A DNA stretch of 43,356 nt from an uncultured Saprospiraceae bacterium (GCA_964540155.1 CAZIMH010000001.1:1-43356), one strand, 5' to 3'. Counted from the first letter of the stretch, positions 22,770 through 32,900 are shown. Program-made: numbers and translations. The notes: generated by a model not told the origin, from the letters alone.

Positions 22770-24228
22770 ACGGCTTCGCATTTCGTCCAAACACATTATG
22801 TGCATCCCATACAGCTGACCGTCCAAAGATGACTCTATTAATAACTAAGGCAACCAGCACACTAAATATCAAAGTAATTGCCATCATATGAATATAATTT
22901 CCACCTGGCAACACAGGCCACACCTGCGTAAAGAAGGCATATAAGAGCACGCCAAGAATCACAGCTATAATTACAGACTTGGCATCGACGTTCCGAAATA
23001 GGAGTCCAACCATGAAGGCAGATAGTATGGGCATAGATAAGAAACCATACAATTCCTGCATTAGATTTATAAGATTATCTGCGTGGATAAAAACTGGGAA
23101 CATGATAAAAGCTAGTATGACCATAACTACAGATACAAGCATCGTTAGACGAGGAATATTAGGGTTCTTCTTAATATAGGTTTCATGTACATCACAGACC
23201 CAAAGCGCTGCTGAGGCATTAAGTATAGAATTAAATGTAGTGAGGACCGCCGCTGCAATTGCTGCAGCGAAAGCACCTGTCAAGGCTTGGGGGAGCAACT
23301 CACTTACGATCATCCCGAAGGCTCTGTTATTGCTGATCTCTCCGAATAATTTGTAAGAAATGATGCCCGGCAAAACAATGATCGGTGGCACTATCAACAA
23401 TCTTATGGCCGCAGCTGTAAGTATTCCTTTTTGTGCTTCTTTTACAGAGGGTGATGCCATTGCTCTTTGGGTAATTGTCTGATTTGTGGACCAGTAAAAC
23501 ATTTGAATAAATATCATCCCTGTAAACAAGGTGGCGATAGGTATAGGAGAATTGTAATCACCAATCATTGTCAGTCGCTCTACAGGAATCCCTGTAAAAT
23601 CAAAGTCTATTGCCTGCAAGGCTATCCATACAACATATAAGGCCAAGGATAATAATAGGACGCCTGAAAATGTATCTGACACCGCTACGGCACGAAGACC
23701 TCCAAAGACAGCATATGCAGTCCCTACTAATGCAAATGCAATAGCCATGTAGTAAATATTAAAATGTTCAAGGCCAAACATTTGCTGCATAAATAAAGAA
23801 CCACCATATAGAACTGCTGGTAATAATATGAAGACATTGCCCGCCAAAAAGAGCAACGAAATTAAAGCTCGTATATGTGGATTATTATATCGCCGTTCGA
23901 GTAATTCTGTAGTCGTTGTACACTTGTATCTGTAGTAGACTGGGATAAAAACATAGGTTAGCATGAGCAAACCGGCGACGGCAGCCAGTTCCCACCAGGC
24001 CAGTAAGGCCATTTGATTTCCATTCATGCCCACTAACTGATCTGTAGAGAGATTAGTCAAGGTGATGGAACCTGCAACGAAGTACCACTTCAAATCACTA
24101 CCTGCAAGAAAATACTCTTTCTCTCCGTTATCACTGCCTCGTTTACCCCTACAGTAGAGATAAGTTACAATGGCAATAATCAGCGTAAGGCCAAAGAATA
24201 CTGCTAATTGAGTAGCTTGTAGTTTCAT
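22762..24228 (-). CDS. Sodium:solute symporter family transporter (second paralogue)
   Basis: 488-aa polytopic membrane ORF with SSF motifs (EYFLAGSDLKWYFVAGSITLTNLSTDQLVG, YWSTNQTITQRAMAS). It is the first gene of the galactoside operon. Confidence 0.85.
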   Translation of the reverse strand: MKLQATQLAVFFGLTLIIAIVTYLYCRGKRGSDNGEKEYFLAGSDLKWYFVAGSITLTNLSTDQLVGMNGNQMALLAWWELAAVAGLLMLTYVFIPVYYRYKCTTTTELLERRYNNPHIRALISLLFLAGNVFILLPAVLYGGSLFMQQMFGLEHFNIYYMAIAFALVGTAYAVFGGLRAVAVSDTFSGVLLLSLALYVVWIALQAIDFDFTGIPVERLTMIGDYNSPIPIATLFTGMIFIQMFYWSTNQTITQRAMASPSVKEAQKGILTAAAIRLLIVPPIIVLPGIISYKLFGEISNNRAFGMIVSELLPQALTGAFAAAIAAAVLTTFNSILNASAALWVCDVHETYIKKNPNIPRLTMLVSVVMVILAFIMFPVFIHADNLINLMQELYGFLSMPILSAFMVGLLFRNVDAKSVIIAVILGVLLYAFFTQVWPVLPGGNYIHMMAITLIFSVLVALVINRVIFGRSAVWDAHNVFGRNAKPYE

Positions 24229-24539
24229 TTAAAGCACCAAATTTTGTGGATTATTACATTAACAATCGTCAGAAATTTTATACACAGACAGTCTAGTAAA
24301 TGTCCAAAATAACCAAATCTTCTCCGTATCCAATGAATGGTTTGATTATGTATTTAAACTTACACATAATGATTAAGGCAACATGTCTAATATGGGGACC
24401 AGTATCCAAGCCTCACCTAGCCGAATATCCACATCTAATGACCCGTGCACATAATATTACGCATGAAGGAATAGAGCACATACTTACAGTAAAATCATTT
24501 CCTAATATTATATTTAGGTTTTATGACAAATAACAAGAA

Positions 24540-25268
24540 ATGAGTTTAGAAAATAAAACGGCACTAATTACAGGTGGCACCAAAGGAATAGGACTGGGCA
24601 TAGCAGTCGCGATGTTGCAGAATGGCATGAGAGTTATGATAACTGGAAGAAAAAAATCTACTGTCAATGAAGTGGTAAAAAAGCTTGACAGAAAATACAA
24701 GGGTAGAATAATAGGACATGCTGGAAATGTGGCTAATCTCAAAGATCAAAAAGCGGCAGTATCTGCCTTAAAAAAAGAGTGGAAAAAATTAGATGTACTT
24801 ATTGCAAATGCTGGCATAGGTCATTTCCATAGCATAGAAGACCTCACGCCAAAACAATGGAGCGAAACCATAGACGTCAATCTGACTGGTGTATTCAATT
24901 CGTGTAAAGCCAGCATAGCCTCTCTCAAAAGAACCAAAGGATATATCATCACCATAGCCAGTCTTGCTGGCACTAATTTTTTCGAAAAAGGGACAGCGTA
25001 TAACGCCAGTAAATTTGGACTGGTTGGATTTACCCAAGCCATGATGATGGACTTACGGCCCTACGATATTAAATGCAGTACAATTATGCCGGGTTCTGTA
25101 TCAACCTTCTTCAATAACCGCAAGCCTAGCAAGACAAAGGATGCTTGGAAAATTCAACCTGAAGATATTGGAAAATTAGTAATCGACTTATTGACAATGC
25201 CAGCTCGTACGTTGCCTTCTAAGGTTGAGGTCAGACCATTCCGACCGCCATCTAGTTACAAGAAATAG
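24540..25268 (+). CDS. Short-chain dehydrogenase/reductase (SDR) family oxidoreductase
   Basis: 242-aa ORF with the cofactor motif TGGTKGIG, NAG, and the catalytic S...YNASK. Confidence 0.85.
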   Translation: MSLENKTALITGGTKGIGLGIAVAMLQNGMRVMITGRKKSTVNEVVKKLDRKYKGRIIGHAGNVANLKDQKAAVSALKKEWKKLDVLIANAGIGHFHSIEDLTPKQWSETIDVNLTGVFNSCKASIASLKRTKGYIITIASLAGTNFFEKGTAYNASKFGLVGFTQAMMMDLRPYDIKCSTIMPGSVSTFFNNRKPSKTKDAWKIQPEDIGKLVIDLLTMPARTLPSKVEVRPFRPPSSYKK

Positions 25269-25273
25269 TGGTT

Positions 25274-25744
25274 TTACTTGCCGATGGCTACATTGAAACC
25301 AAGCGACAGATAATTATTATTAGCTCTGCTAAACTTTGATTCACGGAACACAAATCCTGTATTAACTTCAATTCGCTTAGTAATACGATAGTTGAGCATT
25401 AGTGGTACCTCTATGCCCAAGAATTTTTCCCGTTCTTCAAAACCAAATAATTCTTCGTAATTATAGCTAAGATCTAAACCAATACTAGGATAAAAACGGC
25501 CTAACTGTATGGGCTTATATAAAACCCCAAATGTCACCCGATCGGCCGTATTTGCATTGGTGGTATAGCGTGTAATTAAGTCGAATTTATCTCCGACGCC
25601 TAATCTGAAATTAAGTTCTCCAAGCAGACCTGTACTATGTCCTCCGTACAGTATATTACCACCAACCCTCGGGTTATTTAAAATTTGTGCATCTAATTGT
25701 AGGCAGGCACACATCACGAAAAAAAAAATAACGGAAGTTCGCAT
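25274..25744 (-). CDS. Small outer-membrane beta-barrel protein (porin-family-like)
   Basis: The track ORF reaches 25813. I place the start at ATG 25744 (MRTSVIFFFVMCACLQLDAQ), which gives a proper signal peptide. The mature part has an alternating hydrophobic beta-strand pattern rich in G/Y/N. Confidence 0.55.
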   Translation of the reverse strand: MRTSVIFFFVMCACLQLDAQILNNPRVGGNILYGGHSTGLLGELNFRLGVGDKFDLITRYTTNANTADRVTFGVLYKPIQLGRFYPSIGLDLSYNYEELFGFEEREKFLGIEVPLMLNYRITKRIEVNTGFVFRESKFSRANNNYLSLGFNVAIGK

Positions 25745-25914
25745 AACGGGAAGTTTGTTCTTAATCGAATTGACTAGCATATTGCTTGACAATTTGAAGT
25801 TGAGAAAAAACAAACTAAAGACATCGATATATCAATCCATTTAACCTCATATTAATTAATACAGAAATGATATGTTAATTTAATATCAAGATACCTTTCA
25901 AAACCAACATAAGG

Positions 25915-26366
25915 CTATTCACCTTGCTCAGGCAAGAATAACCAACTACCTCCAATCCCAAAGTAATTATTCCTTTGATTGATTCCTGTACCTAACAAAA
26001 AGTCTAATTGGAAGTTTTCATGGACAAGATAAGTGAACCCTGCATCTGCATTCAATATCAATTCTTCAAGTTCTGTAATCTCCCCAAATGGTTCTTGTGA
26101 CAATTTCAAATTGATTGATAACCCTTAGCTCGAAATTATCTGTCACGCCATAACGGAATAGGTTGGTTGGCAACAACCATTGTCGAGTTACCAAAATCTC
26201 CTTCTCCTACTGTAGATACTTGCAGACCTGCTTCCACCTGCAAGGCACCTTTGGGGTATAGTTGCAGAACTTTCTGTTTGATCAGGCCTGTCTATACAAT
26301 CTGTGAATGCCCATTCAATGAGAAAAAAACAATAGCAATTACCACTAAGATCAAATTTCCGAACAT
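25915..26366 (-). pseudogene. Decayed outer-membrane beta-barrel gene (MetA-pathway/transporter-like family) with multiple frame disruptions
   Basis: Protein-like segments sit in different minus-strand frames, in this order: signal peptide MFGNLILVVIAIVFFSLNGHSQ ending at an in-frame TAG (26294-26292); IDRPDQTESSATIPQ; KGALQVEAGLQVSTVGEGDFGNSTMVVANQPIP ending at TAA (26138-26136); YGVTDNFELRVINQFE; and finally the track ORF 25915-26109 (...GFTYLVHENFQLDFLLGTGINQRNNYFGIGGSW). At least 4 frame changes are needed to join them. Confidence 0.5.
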
Positions 26367-26545
26367 CGTTGTATGTATTTGGCCACAAAAATGGAGAGTT
26401 TTCACATAATGCCATTTTTCTTACAAATTATTCATCTACTCAATTCAGACTTATAAAATAATTTACATGTGAAGATTAAACATTGCTTGAAATAGCATCA
26501 GAAAATGATACCTTGCTTTTTTATTGAAATAAACGACAATCAGCT

Positions 26546-26986
26546 ATGAATCCTATACTTAGAAATGTTATTGCCGTCATCTTAGGCTTGGTATTCGGAT
26601 CAGTTGTTAATGGGATGATAATTAACTTCAGTGGAGTCATCATTCCATTTCCAGAAGGTTATGACTATTCGACTCCTGAAAGCATGCGTGAAACTTTTCA
26701 TTTACTAGAGGCTAAGCACATGATCCTACCGTGGATAGCCCATGCACTTGGTACACTTATAGGAGCATTCTGGGCATCAAAATTTTCAGCCAGCAAACAT
26801 TATTCTATGGCCATGATAGTTGGTATCTTCTTTCTCTTAGCTGGTATATCTATGGTTTACATGGTTCAAGTGCAGCCTATGTGGTTTACTTTAACAGACC
26901 TACTTCTAGCCTATTTGCCAATGGCATTTATAGGCTGGAAAATTTCAGGCAAACCAAAAGATGCTCCTAAGCACTTTACTAACTAA
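26546..26986 (+). CDS. Hypothetical small integral membrane protein
   Basis: 146-aa ORF with about 4 predicted TM helices. No assignable motif. Confidence 0.55.
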   Translation: MNPILRNVIAVILGLVFGSVVNGMIINFSGVIIPFPEGYDYSTPESMRETFHLLEAKHMILPWIAHALGTLIGAFWASKFSASKHYSMAMIVGIFFLLAGISMVYMVQVQPMWFTLTDLLLAYLPMAFIGWKISGKPKDAPKHFTN

Positions 26987-27026
26987 AATAGCAGATCATT
27001 TAAATTAAAAATATTAAAGCTTGTAA

Positions 27027-27731
27027 ATGATCCAATTCTTCGCATACGAAATGGATGCGACTACTGCACTATTGCAAGAAGATGAATTTCATCATTGCAT
27101 TAAGGTCCTACGCCATCAAATGGGAGACATCATCTCGATTAGTGATGGTAAGGGCCTATCAGGTAAAGCGCTGATTGATAAAATCACCAAGCGAGAAGCG
27201 TACTTGAAAGTATTAGAAGTGACCCAACATGCGCCCAAGGATTACACACTGACCTTGGTCGTTGCCCCACCTAAAAATAGGTCTCGATGGGAATGGTTGG
27301 TAGAAAAATCAGTAGAGATAGGCGTAACTGATATCATTCCCTTAATCACGCAAAGGAGCGAAAGGCAAAAGGTTAATCTAACAAGGTCAAGTAAAGTACT
27401 TCGCAGTGCTGCGCTTCAAAGCCTAAGGCCTTTCCACCCAACCCTTCATGAATTACAACAGTTCGATAAAATTATAGACGTACAATCTTCATCAGTGAAC
27501 ACTGTAAATTATATTGCTCATTATCAAGAGGAGAATCAAAGCCTATATCAGTTACAGGAATCTAGCACTAGTGCTTGCATACTTATTGGCCCAGAGGGAG
27601 ATTTTACCCAGTCCGAAATTGAGGCGGCCAACCAAAAGGGTTTTCTGTCCATCAACATATCTGACAACAGACTAAGAACAGAGACTGCCGCCATTGTCGC
27701 TTGTACCCTATTAGCAAGAATGATCTCCTAG
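27027..27731 (+). CDS. rsmE: 16S rRNA (uracil1498-N3)-methyltransferase
   Basis: 234-aa ORF with RsmE/SPOUT character (HHCIKVLRHQMGD, RSRWEWLVEKSVEIGV, LIGPEGDFTQSEIE, RLRTETAAI). Confidence 0.85.
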   Translation: MIQFFAYEMDATTALLQEDEFHHCIKVLRHQMGDIISISDGKGLSGKALIDKITKREAYLKVLEVTQHAPKDYTLTLVVAPPKNRSRWEWLVEKSVEIGVTDIIPLITQRSERQKVNLTRSSKVLRSAALQSLRPFHPTLHELQQFDKIIDVQSSSVNTVNYIAHYQEENQSLYQLQESSTSACILIGPEGDFTQSEIEAANQKGFLSINISDNRLRTETAAIVACTLLARMIS

Positions 27732-27775
27732 ATTGATGGTATAAAATCTTTTAGCACAAGCAGTTTTAATTAGAC

Positions 27776-27783
27776 TACATTTG
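27776..27783 (+). promoter_or_regulatory. Candidate Bacteroidota -7 promoter box (TAnnTTTG) upstream of the DEAD-box helicase
   Basis: TACATTTG matches TAnnTTTG and sits 31 nt upstream of the TTG start at 27814. This is a single short motif only. Confidence 0.3.
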
Positions 27784-27813
27784 TGCCTTTATTAACGCCA
27801 TGAATCAACACAT

Positions 27814-29322
27814 TTGAGTTCATTTAAAAAGCTGGGCTTGTCTGAAGAAATCCTTGAAGCCCTTCAAGAATTAAAGTTCGAGACACCAACTGACATCCAA
27901 CAACAGGCTATTCCAAGATTATTAGGAGAGCAAAGAGACTTCATTGGATTAGCCCAAACTGGAACAGGTAAGACAGCTGCCTTTGGGTTACCACTGCTTG
28001 ATTTGCTGGATCCTTCTGAGTCAATGACTCAGGGACTCATCCTTGCACCTACCAGAGAACTTGGGAAACAGATAGCGGAACAGCTCTCGAAATTCAGCAG
28101 CAAGATGGATCGCATCAATACGCTTGTGGTCTATGGTGGCTCGCCCATTCAGCACCAGATCAAGGCATTAAAAAAGACCCAGCATGTTATTATTGCTACT
28201 CCCGGTAGACTGATAGACCTTATCAACAGAAAAGCTGTCAAACTGGAAAAACTGAAATATCTTGTTCTGGATGAAGCAGATGAGATGCTCAATATGGGAT
28301 TCAAAGATGAGTTAGATGAGATTCTCAGTTATACTCCTGATGAGAAATTGACTTGGCTCTTTTCAGCGACAATGCCTTCTGCGATTAGAAAAATCGTGAA
28401 AAAATATATGGACAATCCTATAGATGTCCAAATTAAAGCTGAAACCGAAGTCAACGAAAATATAGAACACCTATATACTATCGTCAAACAGCGAAATAAG
28501 ACTGAGGCCCTTATGCGTTTCTTGGATATCCATGGTCAGATGAGAGGGGTGGTCTTTTGTAGAACGCGACGTGATACACAAGAATTAGCAGAACGTCTTC
28601 TTAAGAAGGGCTATAAAGCTGATGCGCTTCATGGTGATCTATCTCAAGCACAGAGGGACAGAGTCATGAGTCGATTTAGGAGTAATGAATTGCAAGTACT
28701 GATAGCTACAGATGTTGCAGCTAGAGGTATAGACGTACAAGATTTGACTCATGTATTCCACTTTAGTCTGCCAGACGAAGTCGCTTATTATACACACAGA
28801 AGTGGCCGAACTGCACGGGCGGGAAAAGAAGGTACATCTATAGCCTTTATTTCAAAAAAGGAAAAATATAGAATCGCTAAGCTCCAGAAGATATTAGGGA
28901 TCTCGTTCGAGAAGGTTATGATACCGGAGGTTGACAAAATTGCAGAAATCAGATTGACCAATTGGGCTATGGATTTCTCTGATATCAATCCATTGGGAAA
29001 GGTAGAAAAGAAACTCTCCGATCACGTCCAACTTCTGCTTGGAAATATGAGTAAGGAAGATCTTATTTCCAGATTACTGGTCCAGGAATTAGACAGACTC
29101 AATCTTGGCACTTCAAAGGATCTCAATGAGACAGATGATGGCTCTTTCTCTAAAAACAAATCAGGAAGAGATAGAAATCGTCGCGAAAGAGGTAAGAGAG
29201 CTCATCGAGGCAAGCGCAAATTTGAGAATCGAAGGGGGTCAAAAAAGAAAAACAAAAGAGATGATAAGTTTTCAAAGAAGGTAACCAACTTCAAAAAGAA
29301 GAAGAAAAAATCCAAAGGGTAA
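27814..29322 (+). CDS. DEAD-box ATP-dependent RNA helicase with a Lys/Arg-rich C-terminal tail
   Basis: 502-aa ORF with the Q motif (FETPTDIQQQAIP), motif I (AQTGTGKT), DEAD (VLDEADEM), SAT and HRSGRTARAG. The frame opens at 27796 after a TAA, and TTG at 27814 is the only start codon upstream of the Q motif. Confidence 0.92.
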   Translation: MSSFKKLGLSEEILEALQELKFETPTDIQQQAIPRLLGEQRDFIGLAQTGTGKTAAFGLPLLDLLDPSESMTQGLILAPTRELGKQIAEQLSKFSSKMDRINTLVVYGGSPIQHQIKALKKTQHVIIATPGRLIDLINRKAVKLEKLKYLVLDEADEMLNMGFKDELDEILSYTPDEKLTWLFSATMPSAIRKIVKKYMDNPIDVQIKAETEVNENIEHLYTIVKQRNKTEALMRFLDIHGQMRGVVFCRTRRDTQELAERLLKKGYKADALHGDLSQAQRDRVMSRFRSNELQVLIATDVAARGIDVQDLTHVFHFSLPDEVAYYTHRSGRTARAGKEGTSIAFISKKEKYRIAKLQKILGISFEKVMIPEVDKIAEIRLTNWAMDFSDINPLGKVEKKLSDHVQLLLGNMSKEDLISRLLVQELDRLNLGTSKDLNETDDGSFSKNKSGRDRNRRERGKRAHRGKRKFENRRGSKKKNKRDDKFSKKVTNFKKKKKKSKG

Positions 29323-29956
29323 TACTTATCTCACACCTTAACCTTTACAAATCCCATTATGCTCCCACACCTAAGGTGAACCAAATCACAAGAAAAGCTA
29401 ATGCCTACTTAATTCACTTTGGAATGGATTTGCCAAAAAAAATGTGCACATACCTATCGTTGGCAGATATCTACACCGATTCAATAAGAAGAATATATCA
29501 GACTCAGGTGTTAGGTGGATCAACTTAATATTGTAGAAGCCCAAAACGGTAAATACAATGAAGAAAATCCAATGCACAGATGATATATGTATTAAGTAAT
29601 AGAATCATATGTACACTACTTCAGCATAGAGATCTACATTCTTTTCATCGCCAAATTGACATATAGGATCCAAACTCACCTCCACTATATGGAAATGCAG
29701 ACTAAAAATCCATATGCCTATGCATTCATATTAAGTAATAATTAAATGTATTAGCAACTGATTATTAATCACATATATGCATTTAGTTTGTTGATAAGGC
29801 TAGATTGATACATTTAATTATATTCAAGATTTAATTAGTGAGATAAAAAAGTAATGGCAGCAATTCCATTCACTGCATTCGTTATATTATTGCTACTTGA
29901 ATGTTAAGATTGTAATCCCAAATTACGATTCCATCTGGAACCCATAATCTGTATAA

Positions 29957-32900
29957 ATGTATCTATCAATTAAAAAGCTGAAAATTCAACTCAGCGTGGT
30001 TATCCTTCTGATTTCTGCGTCTGGTTTTTCAGTTTTTGCTCAAATCAACTCCTCTGATTGGCATACCACAACTAAATCACCTACGATAACAAATCCTTAT
30101 TTGACTTATCCACCAGTTAAGTACAAGATGGTATCCATTGATGGAGAGCATTTCTATAACACTCTGCGTAAAGAAGATGGCAGCATTTGGCTACCTAATC
30201 CAGAAGGAGAAATGGCCCAATTTATACTAAAGAGAACAAATATTATTTCTGAGGATGTTGCTCACCATTATAACATCCAGACTTTCCACGGTTATATGGC
30301 TAATGATCCTTCTGTACATATTGCCTGCGACATCAGCTCAGCCGGTTTTCATGCATCAGTACTTACTGCCTATGACTCTTATTACATTGAACCAGCTTCA
30401 AAAAATCATAATGATATACATCTTGTATACTACAAAAGAGATAAATCGAATGTGGCAATAGAGCACAGTGTAGAAAATAAAGTGAATAAGATTGCTCAAC
30501 AACATATCAACAGGTCCTTAGCACCTGATCAAAAAATCACATTCAGACTAGCGCTATCTACAACAGGGGAATTTTCACAACAATTTGGTGGTACCCCTTA
30601 CAATCCGACCAATGTGATGAATGCCTTGGCTTCAGGTGTAAATATGATCAATCTCATATACCTTAGAGACTTAGGAATAGAGTTCACCTTGATTACCTCT
30701 CCCATCTTGATTTTTGAAGACCCTAACAATGATCCATATAGTAATATTAGCCCTACACAATTACTTCAGGAAGCGAACGAAACTATATTCAGCGTTCTAG
30801 ATGCCAATGATTTTGATGTTGGCCACCTCTTAAGTTGGGATAATTTGGGTGGAGCAGGCACACAAGCTGTCGTCTGTTCTCCATTTCAAAAAGCACAAGG
30901 GTTCTCATCCACAACAGTTAGTATTAACACCTTATGGATAGACTTTGTTTGCCATAATCTAGGACATCAATTCGGCGCAGACAATAATTCTGCTGCAGGA
31001 GAATGCCAGGATTCTGTAGATGGATTCAGATACGAACCAGGTGCAGGATCATCCATTATGTCCTCTCTAGCTACTTGCAGTCAGTTATCATATACAATTG
31101 AAGCGGATCCTTTTTTCCATTATGCATCTATAGAAGCGATCCAAGCAAACATAGATTCGATCTCCTGTGGTGTAATCACAGCTACAAACAACATCGATGA
31201 CCCAATCGTGGATGCCAACGCTAATATTACTATTCCAAAAGAAACTCCTTTCATACTAGTAGGAAGAGCTAATGACATAAATGATCCTTCTTTGCTCACC
31301 TATGATTGGGAACAGTTTGATGGAGATGGACCAGCTACTAGTGGACTCCCTGACTGTAATGACCCTACGCAACCACTGTTTAGATATAGACCCCCATCTA
31401 CGGACAACTTCAGATACTTTCCTGAGTACAATGAAATTCTGATGGGAAATAATATTGGTACTGATTTCGAAAAATTGCCATGCACCCAAAGAGAAATGCT
31501 CTTTTCGCTTGCAGTAAGAGATAATGATCTAGGGCATGGAAGAGTAGTACATGACACCATGAGAGTCTTCGTAGCAGATACAGGACCATTTGAGGTAACA
31601 GCGCCAAATGGAGGTGAGACGTATATAGTAGGCACAAATGCTACCATAACATGGAATGAAAACAATACCTCGCTGCACTGCCCTCTCATAGACATCTTAA
31701 TCAGTACAGATAGTGGCGTATCATATAGTGTCTTAGAAGACAGTATATCGAACAATGGCTCGATTACTATACCAGTCCCAGATATGGTTACTACACAAGC
31801 GAGAATATTATTGCGATGCCATCAGGGTGGTGGTGGATTCCAGTCATCATCAACATTCTTTGATATAAGTAATAATGACTTTCAGATAGATACTATAGTC
31901 ATTATAGATGATGATGGAGACGGATGGGATGTCACTGAAGATTGTGATGATAATGATCCTAATGTCAATCCTGGTGCAGATGAGATATGTAATGGCATAG
32001 ATGACAACTGCAATCTACTAATAGATGATGCTGATCCAACGCTTATCAATGCTGATACATGGTATCTTGATAATGATGGAGACGGTTTCGGAGATGCGTC
32101 GATGTCTATGATGGCTTGCATCCAACCTATAGGATATGTTGTTGATAATACCGATTGTGATGATACCAATAGAGATGTATTTCCAGGTGCAGATGAGGTG
32201 TGTAACGGCATAGACGATGATTGTGATGGATTGGTAGATACGGATGATCCAGACTTGGTAATGGCACTGAGATGGTACTTCGATAATGATGGTGATGGAT
32301 TTGGAGATGCTACTATGGCTTTAGCGGACTGCAACCAACCAACAGGCTATGTGGACAATCCAGATGATTGTGATGACACAGACGCTGATATCAATCCAAA
32401 CGCTGATGAGGTATGTAATGGCATCGATGATAATTGTAATGGATTGATTGACGCAGACGATCCTAGTCTAGTTGGAAATAATCTATGGTTTCGCGATATG
32501 GATAATGATCAATTCGGAGATGATTTGATAACGTTGATCTCTTGTAGCCAACCACCAGGATATGTGTCTATGGGTGGAGACTGCAATGATAACAACCAAT
32601 TTATTAATCCCCTAGCCCAAGAAATATGCAATGGGATAGATGACGATTGCGATGGACTAGTAGACAGCAATGACCCAGATGTAACGGGTACCCTTAGTTG
32701 GTTTAGAGACTTTGATGGAGATGGATTTGGCAATGCTGCTATAGTAATACAATCCTGTAATGCTCCTGCTGGGTTCGTCAGTAATAGCACAGATTGTAAT
32801 GACAACAATAGCTTTATCAATCCTAATGCGCCAGAAATTTGCAATGGCATAGATGATGATTGCGATGGATTGGTAGATACCAACGACCCTGATTTGACAG

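Noticed and set aside
22770-22826. N-terminal extension of the GH42 ORF (MDGQLYGMHIMCLDEMRSR).
   Set aside because: It overlaps the upstream symporter by 65 nt. GH42 enzymes begin close to the (L)G(V)CYYPEHW motif, and the ATG at 22769 gives the common ATGA-type start/stop overlap.
24300-24533. 77-aa ORF in the 311-nt divergent intergenic region between the symporter and the SDR gene.
   Set aside because: It has no motif, no signal peptide or TM segment, an unremarkable translation and no convincing start context. The region is more plausibly a divergent promoter region.
26167-26409. 80-aa plus-strand ORF, and the 75-aa minus-strand ORF at 26188-26415, considered as real small genes.
   Set aside because: Both lie within the frameshifted beta-barrel pseudogene. 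The minus-strand ORF is just one of its frames, extended through non-homologous sequence, and the plus-strand ORF is antisense noise.
29558-29599. 13-codon mini-ORF MKKIQCTDDICIK in the leader of gene A.
   Set aside because: It is too short to evaluate, has no visible ribosome-binding context or conservation evidence, and many such ORFs are expected by chance in 634 nt.
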